From Gammaproteobacteria bacterium (GTDB lineage Bacteria; Pseudomonadota; Gammaproteobacteria; PS1; Pseudothioglobaceae): a DNA stretch of 64,000 nucleotides. A program made the translations under genes and the position numbers. Every line of letters begins with the position of its first letter. Position 1 is the stretch's first letter. Of this stretch, positions 1 through 12,433 are shown one piece after another. The notes under the pieces were generated by a model, which did not search any database, was not told where the DNA came from, and saw only the letters and a program-made list of their open reading frames with translations. The stretch is taken from assembly GCA_965206195.1 (NCBI GenBank), contig CBDBIZ010000006.1:68563-132562 (forward strand), given 5' to 3'.

Positions 1-618
1 TCAAAATTACATTAAATTCTAATTAATTCTATTAAAATAAATTCAGAAAATTCCAAGAAAAGTGATTGATAACTTTCCTACTACACCAATCAAAATGCTA
101 TATTGCATATACTCTCCGATTCACCATGTACTTTTTTTAATTTTTCTAACACTCTAAGCATTTTAGACAGACAGACAAACATATTTCTTTACATATAGAT
201 TGTGATATAATTTTATTTAACTGCTCGGCTTAAGCGTTCAGGACATTTTTAGCACCTTATGAGAGTGAGTAAATATTGGGTCTCCATAAAAAAAATTTTT
301 TTCAAGATTTAATGTTTCACTTCATTATCACCAAATAAAAATTAATTTGCTTAGAATATTTATTCAATATTTAACTTTTGTCCCCATTATCATCAATTAG
401 CACAATCAGTGAAAAACCCCACCTTCTCCTCCTATTTAAAGTCCACTCGATTTTATTCACACTGAACATTCAGGGTAGGCTACTATCCAGATGCTCTTAG
501 GTCTAGTAAAAACCAATGTTTAGAAAGATTTAGCTGTTGTACTGCTATCAATCTCATCAAGTATATTACCCTTCACCTGCGAACAATTATATTTTTAAAA
601 GGTGGTTAAGTTTGGACA

Positions 619-803
619 ATGAGCGAAAACAGAAAAAGGACTCGAAAAACTAAAAAGTTTCAGAAATCCACCATTAGAAATCCTACAAAACCGCACTGTG
701 AAGATGAACGAACCTGTGGCCACAAGGGGACTGCCAATGAAGTGGACGATGTAGATCCAGACATTGTTGAAGATTCTGGTGCTGACATCCACCAAGACCC
801 AAG
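619..803 (+). CDS. T-box gene, putative first coding exon (ATG at 619)
   Basis: The ORF MSENRKRTRK...HQDP ends at an AG|GTGCCA donor (GT at 804-805) in phase 2. That phase joins in frame to the exon starting at 1801. The exon has no domain similarity of its own. Confidence 0.4.
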
Positions 804-1800
804 GTGCCAAATTTGTAGGGGATACTGTGGGTGGGTGGGGGGTGGGGTTGTTTCGAAGAATTGGGATTGTCAATTTATTTTTGTTATTTATTGGTTTTGT
901 TTCGTTTTGTTTTGAGGAAGATGTTTGGAGTGGTACAAACAACAGGCCCAAGGCTTCTGCTTATTGTGTATTCGAAGAGCTAGAGAAAATGGAATAGTTC
1001 ATAAGTTAGAGAAAGGAAACTGCAAGAACCAAGTCAAAGAAAAAAAATTATAATACTAATAATTGGGGGTGCAGGCAAGCATTCAATGCCGAATGGCTGG
1101 AATCTCAAAGCACCAATCCAGATCATTTCTCTTTTTCTTTATTTTAAATAGTGAGATACACTAACTAGGATAAGACAGCATCCATTTACAAACATTTATA
1201 ACATATTTTACTTGCAAACATAAATAAGCAAGTTTTTTTGCTTACTGGTGTGTACACTTGTGATGAAAATCATTTTTCTAGCATAAAGTGTTGCTTATTA
1301 TCATCTGTACATGTCCTCCTACTATAAATGAACATTGGAAACACACCATCACAGATGGATTCACTAGTACATTTGTTTGTAATTCGACATCCTAAAAGAA
1401 TATTATTAATATCCTAAGATCTGGAGGAAAAAAATAATTAGTTGGATAATTTACCAATCTTTATTTTTATGTGCTAGCAAAAATATTAATATAGATTAGT
1501 AAGTTAAGGTGACTTCATTCCTAAAAAAAGCTGGAACAGCTCCATAAATTTATGGGGTTTTTTTTTTGGCATTCCCCCCCCCCCCCCCCCATTCAATAAC
1601 TGGATTTTGTAAAGGGTGTGGTTTCACACTGTGGGTGTGGTTTGGATTAATAAATATAAAAAAATATATATATATCCCTTTTGAAATACTGGATCTGCCC
1701 CAGAAGTTGTAATTATTACCTTAATCTACATGCCTTATTCCGTGATTTATCTTATTCACCAATATATGCTAAGTTAAAATATTTGTGTATTTTTTGGCAG

Positions 1801-1956
1801 AAAAAATCAGGAAAGTACCCCAGCTTGTCCTAGCTTTGGCACCAAGATCTCTCCAGAGGAGCAAGACATCAACCTTGATGTTTTGCTTGCAAGACAAGAT
1901 TTGTGGCAAAAATTCAACCGAATTGGAAGAGAGATGGTTCTCACCAAGGCAGGAAG
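1801..1956 (+). CDS. T-box gene exon 2 (start of the T-box domain)
   Basis: It follows a CAG acceptor (1798-1800). It translates to ..INLDVLLARQDLWQKFNRIGREMVLTKAGR, matching the conserved LWxxFxxxGTEMIxTKxGR motif. The donor is AG|GTAA at 1957. Confidence 0.8.
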
Positions 1957-3781
1957 GTAAAATTACTTAAAATGTTTTATCTGTTGGATAAATATCGTAT
2001 TTCCTGTGGCACACAGGTTTAGGAGCACTTAAAATGGTAGATACATCCATAATTTTTCTCATGAATGAATTTTTTTTAACTAATTGGTTACTGTTTTGGA
2101 ATGCCCAATTTGTTGTTACAATTAATTGGTTACAACAAGTACTTTCACTGTACAGAAACCCTGAGGTTACAATTATGTACTTTACTGTATAGAAACCTAA
2201 AATTTTAAATGTTACCACAACACTAACCTCATCTTAAGTTTTCTGAATAATTATTTTGCTTGGTATAAAATACTACTTTTAATAAATATTATAGTAATTA
2301 TCTGCCACAGGTCTTAGCGTGGGACCACTCTTGTTAAATAAATACAAATAAATTTTAAAAAATTATCATTTATTAAAAATTGTTGTTTCCACCTGTGCAT
2401 ATACACTATTTTGCAACTCTATCTACTCGCTCAATTCTATTACAATAACAATTACATAATTGATGTAAAAAAAACAGTAATTACATTTTTAGTTTAAATT
2501 GTGTAAAAAATATCTTAAATGAAGTCAACAAATCTCTTAACCAGCAGGAGAATAAACAGATGGCATATATTGTGGGATTCTATCCTTAGTGAGCTTCTAG
2601 TTATCTTACAGATTTAATATAATTTTGCCCACAATAATCTTGCTATTCTATACTAGTAGACTTACCCTATGATGTGCCTGGGAATTGACATACCCTCAGG
2701 AAGAGGTGTAACAAAGTGTGACCAGCACTTTCCTCATTCATAGTTAAGTCCAAGAATTTTGATCATCCAAAAGTACAAAATATAGATCACACTATTTTGA
2801 CTTTTTTGGATGATATGCCCACAGGAAAAGGTGTGGTCAAATATCCCAAAATGATTGGATAAAAACATTCTTGGTATAGTATTTGATTATCAGGAAGAGA
2901 GGGTTTTTTTTATGTTGGTACAATGATTTAGACCGAGCCCACAGCCAAGGGTTTGGCCTAGGTACCATTTTTTGGGCATTTTAAACCTTACAAACCCAGA
3001 GAAAGATTTATGATTATGTTGTCTCCAGTTCCCCATGATGGTGATGTGTTTTCAGCTGCAGATGTTCATTATATCAAGTTACGGATATTGTCTTGTGAAT
3101 TGTTTTTGGTTGTAATGAGTGGAAGTTTGAAAGATTGACAATCCTCAGCCTTACAGTTCATTGAGTTCATGGACCTGATGGTAAATGGAGTCCATAAATT
3201 TGACAGTTTTCATGCATAATTCACTTTAGAAGTGTAGCTATAAATTCCTTTTTTTTTCCAATCAAAATTTTTTTTTTTTTTTAAATCAAATTTTTTTTTG
3301 TTACATACAGGGGCATTAAGGAATATTTATTGCTCCATCCTGTGCTTTATCAAGATAATTCTTTACCAAATATGCTGGAAAATTCCTGCCTAAGCTCATG
3401 CCTTAGTCCAATCCAAACTTAATTTTTTTTTCAGTCTAATCCTGGTGTAATAGGAAATATTCAAGCAAATTTCCATCACAATTTGTCCATGTGGACAAGA
3501 AGAATCCCAGGAACTCAGATGACTGACATTTGTGATTCATTATCAGGATTAACATTGTTTTCAATTTTTTCTTGTTTTTATTTTTGTTACATGAAATTTT
3601 GTGACCAATATATTCATTTAGGCAAGAACAAATTGTAGGTGGATTTCAAATGGAAAGTGTCATCTTGATGTTACATTATCAAAGTCCATAACGATTTTAT
3701 CTAATGTATTTTCACAGATTTTAATTGATTAAAAGAAAAATAACATTTTTTCTATAAGCCATCGATGTTTATCCAATCCAG

Positions 3782-4038
3782 GATGATGTTTCCATTGATG
3801 GAGGTATCCATCAGTGGCATGGTTCCGAAACTCAAATACAGCATTCATTCCCATGGATAACAGTCGCTACAAGTTACTTCTCTCCAAGTGTCATTCTGGA
3901 GATGGAGATCCACACTGCGAGGGGAAGCCGAGATACATTCACCCAGATTCTCCATCCACAGGCAAAAGTTGGATGTCTGGCAAAGTATCATTCAAGGCAC
4001 TGAGGTTGACAAACAACAAAAAGCATAAGAAATGCTCA
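3782..4038 (+). CDS. T-box gene exon 3 (T-box core), with the reading frame broken by a 1-nt offset near 3840-3856
   Basis: Frame A (3783-3857) gives MMFPLMEVSISGMVPKLKYSI, the RMFP..VSGxxPxxxY motif, then TAA at 3858. Frame B from 3847 gives IPMDNSRYKLLL..GKPRYIHPDSPSTGKSWMSGKVSFKALRLTNNKKHKKCS, with the YIHPDSPxTGxxWM and KLTNN motifs. The donor is TCA|GTAAGT. The exon is 257 nt, one more than the flanking splice phases require. Confidence 0.8.
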
Positions 4039-4281
4039 GTAAGTGTGTATATATCGTGAATGAGGCTGTATAAGTGAACATATGAAGAATGTCTTCTTTT
4101 TTTTTTAAAGAAAAATAAAAAGAATTTTTAAATAATGATTTTGAAAGATTGCTTCAAATATATCTATTATAATAAGCAATTGTTCCATTTTCTCTTTACT
4201 TTTTTACATTTTCTTTCACAACATTAAAAATCGAACTAATGGTTGAATATGCTTGTTTTGTTTTGCAATCATTATTTGCAG

Positions 4282-4487
4282 GTAGTTGTGCTAAACTCCA
4301 TGCATAAGTATGTCCCTCGGCTGGTGATCTCCAAGTACTTATCTAAGAAGTGTGTGACTGCCATTTTTGCCAAGGACTTCCAGGAGTGTGTTTTCATAGG
4401 GATCACTGCCTATCAGAACAATGAAATCATCAAGCTGAAAGTTCAGCACAACCTTCTTGCAAAGGCCTTCCGAGATGAAGAATCGGA
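4282..4487 (+). CDS. T-box gene exon 4 (C-terminal half of the T-box domain)
   Basis: It translates to VVVLNSMHKYVPRLVISK...GITAYQNNEIIKLKVQHNLLAKAFRDEES. This matches the LNSMHKYQPR, TAYQN and (degenerate) NPFAKGFRD motifs. It has a CAG acceptor and a GTAAGG donor. Confidence 0.85.
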
Positions 4488-4815
4488 GTAAGGGATATAT
4501 ATATGATATATTCCACATAACTAGTGAATATTACATTGGTATACATTCTAAGGAATATCTATTATGTACTTAATTACCTTGGGTTTGGGAGTGGGGGGGA
4601 TGGGGAATTAGCTTTATATTTACCTCAGGTCAGCACTCTCAATTGATTAATTGTACTCATAAATATTATTGTTATAGTTGCAATTTGTACTATATTAGAG
4701 ATTGTTCCTTCAAGAGATTTTTTTTTTGTTGCATCTCACTATTGAATTATTGCAATGTGCACTTACACCATATCTGTGCAAAAAAATTAATTTCACCATA
4801 ATCTAATCATTTCAG

Positions 4816-4901
4816 GTTTGAAAGTGCTATGATGACTCAATGGCCTGCAATATCACCACACTTCTCCCAGAATGAATCTTATGGGTCAAACTCTCTGAAT
4901 G
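4816..4901 (+). CDS. T-box gene exon 5 (C-terminal region)
   Basis: The frame is open (FESAMMTQWPAISPHFSQNESYGSNSLN). It has a TTTCAG acceptor and a GTGAGT donor. Its phases fit both neighbouring exons. Confidence 0.5.
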
Positions 4902-5484
4902 GTGAGTCAATGTTGTTGAGAGGCAAACAATTATGATTATTATGTTTATGATGCATTTTAAATAATCAGTCAATATTAACAGAAATAAAATCATAAACAT
5001 TATATATGATCCCTCGTAAAATATTTATCAATTGCAAAAAACAGCAACTGCCAAAAAAAAAAAAAAATCAACAAAAAAAAAAAACACACAATTATAAAAG
5101 ACCTATGTTCATTTGTTTGCTCTATGTTCTCCATTGAGTTTAATTGTACTTATCCAGCATTATAAACATTTGCATGAAAAATTGAAAGAAAAATCTTATG
5201 TGGTGATTTATTACACATTTAGTTTGTACAATTCATTGCTCCATAGGTGTGTGAACAAGACTTTGAGTGTTCATTTGGGGTTCCCCAAGATAAGTAAATG
5301 AAGTTCTTTTTAAGGGTTTTAACCTTCTTACCAATGATATATTGTCTTTAGGGACACTTTTTAGTTCACATTTTGAATTTATTGTTTCAGATTTGTATAT
5401 TTGGTGAGAGAAATGATCTATAATCTTAGCTCTGAAACAGCAATTCTTATCTTACTATATATTTATGCCTGCTCATATTCCTAG

Positions 5485-5634
5485 CTGGTCCATTTCCTTG
5501 GCTGAGTACTGGAAGTGTCACTCCTGCAGAACAGTCATTTTTTCCTCTATTTAACAGCCCTGTGCAGAGGGGGTCTTCCACCACTTACTCACAGATAGCA
5601 ACTCCTGTGTATCCAGCAACCTTTCCCTATGCTG
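5485..5634 (+). CDS. T-box gene exon 6 (C-terminal region)
   Basis: The frame is open (GPFPWLSTGSVTPAEQSFFPLFNSPVQRGSSTTYSQIATPVYPATFPYA). It has a CCTAG acceptor and a GTCAGT donor. Its phases fit both neighbouring exons. Confidence 0.5.
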
Positions 5635-5710
5635 GTCAGTATTCTGTATTAAACATAATTTAAAATCTTCAGGTGTATAGCAAATGATGAACTGTTCTTG
5701 TCGTATACAG

Positions 5711-6168
5711 GTTTGGGTTCATCTCATAATATGGTTCCACCTCAACTGATGATGCAACAGTTGCGACTTTTGGCTCCATATATGCCATTCTCCTCTATGC
5801 ACCATCCATCTGTGCACCATCCATCTGTGCAGCACTATGTTGGCCAGGGGTATCCCATGCAGAGTCCTGTGAATGTTTCCATGCAGGTCTCTTCTAATTG
5901 GAATTTTCAAGATTTTTAGTATCCGAAGTATGCAGCCATAGTGCAACCACCAGAGGAGCAGATGCTGCAGCAGCAACAGTATCTGCCACAGCAGAATGAC
6001 CAACAGCTTCAGCCTCAGCTGAACCATGCACAGTTATTGGACTCTGCAACTCTGCCAGACTGGGATGAAGAGAATAACATTGTTGTCGATGATGATATGC
6101 TTCATCCATACCAAAATGGTAAAGCATCCGGGTCTGAAGCTGCTGAAGGACACGAAGAACAGATTTAA
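5711..6168 (+). CDS. T-box gene last exon, with an in-frame TAG at 5917-5919 and the same frame open on to TAA at 6166-6168
   Basis: It follows an ACAG acceptor at 5710. It reads GLGSSHNMVPPQLMMQQLRLLAPYMPF...NWNFQDF, then TAG, then YPKYAAIVQPPEEQMLQQQQYLPQQNDQQLQPQ...EGHEEQI. ORF-track entries 5698-5919 and 5941-6168 are in the same frame. Confidence 0.55.
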
Positions 6169-6330
6169 ACTTTGCTTGCAATGAGTAGGATATTAGTCAT
6201 TTATGTGGTCATGAACACTTATGTAAAGAAAACAATTGATTCAAAATATGCATTCCCAATTTCCACATTTAGCCTCAAATAAATGTATTAACCCTTCGTT
6301 TTCGCACATAACATCACATGAAGGATGTCC

Positions 6331-6367
<37 letters not shown>

Positions 6368-7037
6368 GACACTAATAGAAAACTTTGTCACCATTTTCAA
6401 ACATGATTATGCAGAGTACAAATTGTAATACAGAAAGAAAACCATGCTCTCCTAAAGATCAATATATATTAGAGGAGTACCATGCAGACTCAACCACATG
6501 TTGCATGGTACTTAATTATCAACAAGGCAGCTCAGACAATTTGACATTATTGCCATAACTAGTGTAGAACCTCCCTAAATGGACTCTCTGTAATAGGAGC
6601 AACCCTCTACAATTGACAAACAGTAAGGCACCAGATCGATACCCTATCAGAGCTAATAGATCAGTACCTCTGAAAGCAGATCCTCCTAACTCTGAATAAT
6701 GGACAAAAGCTAGGCCAACTTCCAAAAAATCATTGTAAAGGATCCTCTAAAATGGATAAAAGCCAGACCCCCATACTTTTGTGAAACTGAATGAACAAAA
6801 GTCAGGAATAAGGATACACATGCTAAATAAAGCTAAATGAGGCTGCTGACTCCTGAAGTTTCTCTACCTGTTCCTTTTGCGTCTCAATGTAACATTTTAG
6901 TCCCTACAGCCAGTAGGTATATTGTTTTCAGGCCAAAACTAGCAATTCCACTCCCAGTTTTTCTGCAGAATCCATTGGTTGATCTCTCTGTGCAAAAAAA
7001 CAAAGCAGTATTTGTTATTATTTTCCCAAAATTATTA

Positions 7038-7061
7038 TTTTTTTTTTTTTTTTTTTTTTTT
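7038..7061 (+). repeat. poly(T) run of 24 nt
   Basis: Counted directly. Confidence 0.9.
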
Positions 7062-8520
7062 GGTGGCAAAAAGTTTTAGTTATTCCATTAAATGCAGTAA
7101 ATTCATCTTTTTTTTTTCCAGGCAAAGCTTGGTACCCAGAGGTGAGAAAAATTTTAGCCTGAACAAACATTGCCATTAAATTTTTATAGCAAACTATGGA
7201 AAGGTAAGATACTATTTCTGTAATGTTGTAATGTAAAAAATTTGAAAAATTTTGTTGGCAGTGATTTTCCTATGGTTCTAATACTCAATATATATATATT
7301 TAGACTCAGACTAATTATAATATATGGTTAAGTGTCTCCCCAACCCCCCCCCCCCCCTTTCACCTTGGCTAAGCAACTGATGAATGAATAAAGTGGTCTC
7401 TCAAAAAGGTGGCTACTTGTGGAGGGGTCTCACAAAAGAAAAATACTACTATTTTATAATTGCAATCCTCCACATGCCATTCCATAACATTCCTCTTGAA
7501 ACCCAAGCCAGTTTCTGGAGTCCTTCCTGTTTGAATGAAATCAATATTATTCAGCTCTATTTGGATTCTGCAAAGCGTTGGGCATCATTTGGCAATTCAG
7601 TTTGACACTGGGTGAAGTTGTCCACACATACTATTTTGTATTTTGTTTATTATTATTCTTTTCTTTACTATCTTCTTATAGATATGGCTAGTGGTGGTGG
7701 TTCTTTGAATGACTAGCCTGTAGCATTGATGTATTCAGCTTCCAGAATTTACCTATTTATCACATCAAGTTAAGGCTGACACACACTGTAGGGTGAATCT
7801 GTAAGGCGCATCTTTGGAATAGTTACATTCTAACTTACATTCCTCCCTCAGTTTGTGTAAAGTCACTTGAAATGGCTTATTACTTTCTTGAAGTTGAAGT
7901 GAAGCAGTGAAGCAGTGAAGAAATGTACTTCGCAGGTCCAATTACCTTAATAAATAAATGCGGGAGTACTCCCCACTTGTATACCTAAGTCTAGCATGTG
8001 CAGCAAAAAATAACAAAGAAATGCCCATGCTCAACTAATGCCCTCAAATATGACCATGCTTATCCAATAGCTAAAGCTCCTAAAAGGTCAAGTGTATTAT
8101 GCATACCACATTTTGGATCTGCAATTAGGTTAGTTTAGGGCTAAAAATATCATAATCCATACAAAAACTCTATGCCATTAGTCCTGGTCATCTTTATTGA
8201 CCATTTATTCCAATTCACAATATTAGATTCTCACTAAATATTTGGTAACAGGACCAAGTAAGTTTGATAAATTCATTTAAGATAAATAAAAAATTGGAAA
8301 GCATTAAACCTTAATGAAAGATAGATTTTATTTTGATGATATCCTAGATTTTTAGGAGCATTCATTTTTGGGACATTGGTTTAGGAATCTACTTTTTGAA
8401 GTCTTGTTTAGAAAATTCAGCTTCACAGCATCACTATCATCAATTACTGGAATTGACAAGAAGGTAAAAAATATAAGAATAAGAATTTGTAAGGACAAGA
8501 TCCAGTCAAAACATTAGGTT

Positions 8521-8582
8521 TGTGTTTTGGGGGGGTGGAGGGGGGTGGGGGTGGGGGTTGGAGGTGGTGTGTGGAAGGGGCC
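8521..8582 (+). repeat. G-rich tract of G3-7 runs separated by T or A
   Basis: It reads gggggggtggaggggggtgggggtgggggttggaggtggtgtgtggaagggg. Confidence 0.8.
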
Positions 8583-9190
8583 AGTGGAATATAATTTTGT
8601 TTTTCTTTCAATTCTTTGAGAAGAACATTATAGGTAAGTTGTAGTAAATTGCTTCATAGTTAATTTATCAATAAACTAGATAAATGAGGTGTTTATCACT
8701 TTAATTAAATAAAATTATAATATTAAATGATAATTGACAGTGCCTTGAAATGAATTTATATCCAGCTTTTATACCATTATTATATAATTATATTATGAAA
8801 TGTTTCAGAGTTTTCAATGTATATATTCAGTTTTTGTTTGTTCTTTATTAGATTTGTTTGCACAATTTCAATTTTTCGAATATATGATTTTATCAAAGTC
8901 AACGGCTGATTTTGCTAGATGCTGACAATAGTGGCAGGTTGCAAAGGCTGTTTTTCTGATAGAAGAGCATGAAAAAGGCAGAAATCAAACAAAAACAAAT
9001 GAACAAAAATAGTCAAGCCATCTTAGATATAAACATAATTGTCTATGATGAGGAAAATCAATATAAACTTCAAAATTTGATGCAAATAGTCTAATCATTT
9101 TTTAAACAGATTAAGATGACTTGAACTTGATGGATATTGTTTCTACTGAAGGTATATGAACTAAACATCGAAAAGAAAGTCATTGGTGTC

Positions 9191-9264
9191 ACTTACTCAC
9201 TCACTCACTCACTCACTCACTCACTCACTCACTCACTCATGCACTCACTCACTCACTCACTCAC
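9191..9264 (+). repeat. (ACTC)n microsatellite, ~18 units
   Basis: Read directly. It generates the (SLTH)n ORF at 9137-9379. Confidence 0.95.
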
Positions 9265-9410
9265 AGGATCCACAACTATACAATGGTGCATGAGGCATTG
9301 TAGAGACCATATGCAAGATTCTGTGATAATATTGAATGGTGTGTTGCTTTTTCTGATAGAGTTGGTTGAATTTCATTAGGAGTGAACTCATTCTACTGTT
9401 TAAGTCTATT

Positions 9411-9895
9411 CTCCTTTATCCCTTCCAATCCCTTATATGGCACTTCCTTATGTGGTATTTGGTTCCTTCTAATGAAAGTCTCGGTCAATTCTGGGTACCT
9501 GTGCTGCATATGGATGTGTTTATTACTACACAGAAATGTTGTTTGGTATTAGTTCCAAGAATTCATTTACTCGTCAATGGAAGTTCTGAATATCCCCCAT
9601 TCGAAACTATCTTAATTAATTGATTTAATACTTCTTACAGATGTTTCTATTTGGCCCCTTCTAATCTTTTATAAGGCACCTTCTCATATGGTACTGGTTG
9701 TCTTTCAATAAAAGTTCCAGTCAATTCTTGGTACCTGTGCTGCATATGGATGTTTTACTACTCAGAAATGTTGTTTGGTATTAGTTCCAAGAATTTCATT
9801 TACTTATCACCATAGCAATTTAAATTCTGAAGCCGCCCTTTCTAAACCATCCTAATTAATTTGATTAATATTTCTTGCAGCAGATGTTTCTATTT
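9411..9895 (+). repeat. Tandem duplication, 2 x ~243 bp
   Basis: Copy 1 (9411-9652) and copy 2 (9653-9895) share long stretches. One example is ggtacctgtgctgcatatggatgt...agaaatgttgtttggtattagttccaagaatt. Confidence 0.8.
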
Positions 9896-10982
9896 TAAAC
9901 TACTGGTGGTTGTGCAGATTTGCCGTCAGTATGTTCACTCCCATGTTAAAAGTTGATGATCTCATAATATATTTAATGACAACTTATGTTGTATAGGAAC
10001 TAAGCACTTCTATGTCTTGAGTTAATTATATTTTGATTAATGAGATCAGCGTCAATAATCCCTTAAAGGAAACTATGAATGTTTGTTATTACAGACGGCT
10101 GACTTGAAAATTGCCCATGAGCTGGATTTCTGCTAGTATCTTTAATTTTTTTTTATTGAAACCAAAATTCAGTACCAACCAATGTTAATGTTTACGGCTG
10201 CTATGCTAGAATTAGAAAACCATTTGCCAATATTGGCTCTAGTTGTTCATATTTCCGGTTAGTTGGTGAGTTTTGATAAATTTTAAGCCAAAATATAAAT
10301 AAAATAGAAGTAGGCCAGCAAAATTTCATTACCATTATTCTTTTAAAGTACTATCTCATCTTTTAAAGCCAGATTTAAAGTGATTCACAGCTGTAGGCTT
10401 TGGAAAAGAAGCTACTGAGTTGACTTGGTGGTGATTGCTATCCCTAGATTAATTTTTTTTCATTGCCAGTATTTTCGCAGGTTTGCATTTTCTAGACAGA
10501 ATTAGAAAATGGTTTACAGATGTTGATTTTGGTTATACCGCTAAAGTTGGTAACCTTAGTAAGCAGGAAGGTAAATAGAAGAAAAAAAAAAATAAAAATA
10601 TCATCAGTCTAGATTTTCATTGACTCCTTATTCTGTGAGCTGTAGCTAATTGTTCTATTTTCATGCAAATTTAGTAGTGCTTCACAGCTATCGAATAAGG
10701 ATGTGGATTAGAATAAAGATGTGGATTAGAATAAGGATGTTGATTATTTGAGGGAAAATTTGACATCTTTTTATCCAAGCAAAGCTTGGTACTAACTTGT
10801 ACTAGATATCACAATAATCAAGACATGTGAAACATCGTATTAGCACCAATTATCACAATGCTGGGTGTGTTACCTGCTAATGAATGTTGATGACTAATAT
10901 TTCAGCTATGACAGGTAAAGCATTGTACAAAGTCACTCTGGCTGTAATAACTAGAAGTGCCATTTTTCAAGTCAAACTAACC

Positions 10983-11058
10983 ATGGAAAAAGAGTCCAAG
11001 AAACTTGTTCCTTCTTCCTTGGGTTCTAAAGAAGTGCATAGTCAGAGGGAGTGCCAAG
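10983..11058 (+). CDS. PRD-like homeobox gene, possible first coding exon
   Basis: It reads MEKESKKLVPSSLGSKEVHSQRECQ and ends at a G|GTATGT donor in phase 1. That phase fits the next exon at 11452. The start codon choice is uncertain. Confidence 0.3.
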
Positions 11059-11451
11059 GTATGTCATTTTCATATATTTAAAGCAAGCTAGTAGACTAAC
11101 TACGGTTACAATAATTTCTGCAGATGTTATTAGGATTTTTTGGACATTTTTCTATTTCTACAGATATGTCTACCTTCTTTTCCTATGTTTTGAAACCAAA
11201 ATTCAGTAGTTATCCAATTTCCCCTGTCCCCTTGGGGCAACTAGCTTTAAAAAAAGAAAGGAAAAAGGAAGTAAAAAAAACTCACTGGGTGTGCCTAGAA
11301 ATTTTACAATTAACGTGCCAAAATTAGTGGGAGGGGGGGGGGCATCATGGTGTATCAATGTGTTGTACATATAGTATCTCAAAAATATTAATGCTGCTGA
11401 CCCATGCTAAAATGGGTGCTTTAGCACGTATATCAATTTATTATTGTGCAG

Positions 11452-11583
11452 ATGGCATTGCTCCAGAGAAACCAACCAATATCAGGCAGTCATTGGTATA
11501 TGAAAACCAGGGACCCTCTTGTAGCTATGATCCTCCTGATTCTTGCAGACCTACAAGGGCACTTTCTCTGAAGAATGCCAAAG
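11452..11583 (+). CDS. PRD-like homeobox gene, internal exon
   Basis: It follows a TGTGCAG acceptor. It reads (D)GIAPEKPTNIRQSLVYENQGPSCSYDPPDSCRPTRALSLKNAK. The donor is G|GTAAAA in phase 1, which joins in frame to 11757. Confidence 0.45.
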
Positions 11584-11756
11584 GTAAAATAAATGACTTG
11601 TTTACAAATACATCCAAAAATGTCAAGTGTGTGAGGTGCTATGTCAATCCTTTATAAATATCTCAGTTAGCATAGACCAGTAGAGTATACCATACCTTAT
11701 TACATCCTCTGCTGCATCTACACATTATTAAAACCTTTTTGCTTTCAATTTTTTAG

Positions 11757-12007
11757 GAACCAAGATGTCCATGAAATCTAATACTGGCAAAAACATGTAT
11801 GATGACACCAGTGATGAATCTACTTCGGGTACACACTCTAGTCAGAGTGAGGTGGACGAGCCAACCAAGAAAAAAAGAACAAGGATTGTGTACAGCAACT
11901 TCCAGTTAGATGAACTGGAGAATTCCTTTGATATTACCCAATATCCTGATTGTCATGCAATTTATCTTCTTTCGAAGAATCTAAACATCCCAGAAAAGAA
12001 TATTCGG
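11757..12007 (+). CDS. PRD-like homeobox gene, exon encoding homeodomain residues 1-46
   Basis: It contains ..EPTKKKRTRIVYSNFQLDELENSFDITQYPDCHAIYLLSKNLNIPEKNIR. The exon ends at CGG|GTAATA exactly between homeodomain positions 46 and 47, the canonical PRD-class intron site. Confidence 0.85.
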
Positions 12008-12433
12008 GTAATATACCATAAATTATCTCCAATAATTGTATCTCTTTGTCATACTTGAAATAAGTAGGTAAAATGAAATAATTGATTAATTGAATATATA
12101 CATGATTAAAATTTCTGCAGCGAAATTTTGGTCCATGTTACTATAAAAGCATACCTTAATACTATGAAGTGATATATAGTTCAGCCAATATTTCATACAT
12201 GAATTCAGATGGTTTAGCTGCACCCAAGGGTGAATGTACACATGTCAATGATTGTAATCAATGACCATTTCAGTTAATCTACTGCAATACATCCAGATAA
12301 GTCATATAAGAATATTTTTATTTTATAGAGCATTATCAATATTATTTGTCCTTGTATAGTTAATCACGAACATTATATATGGTATTGTATTTGAAGAATA
12401 TTATATATTTGCATTTATAATCTTCCTTTTAAG

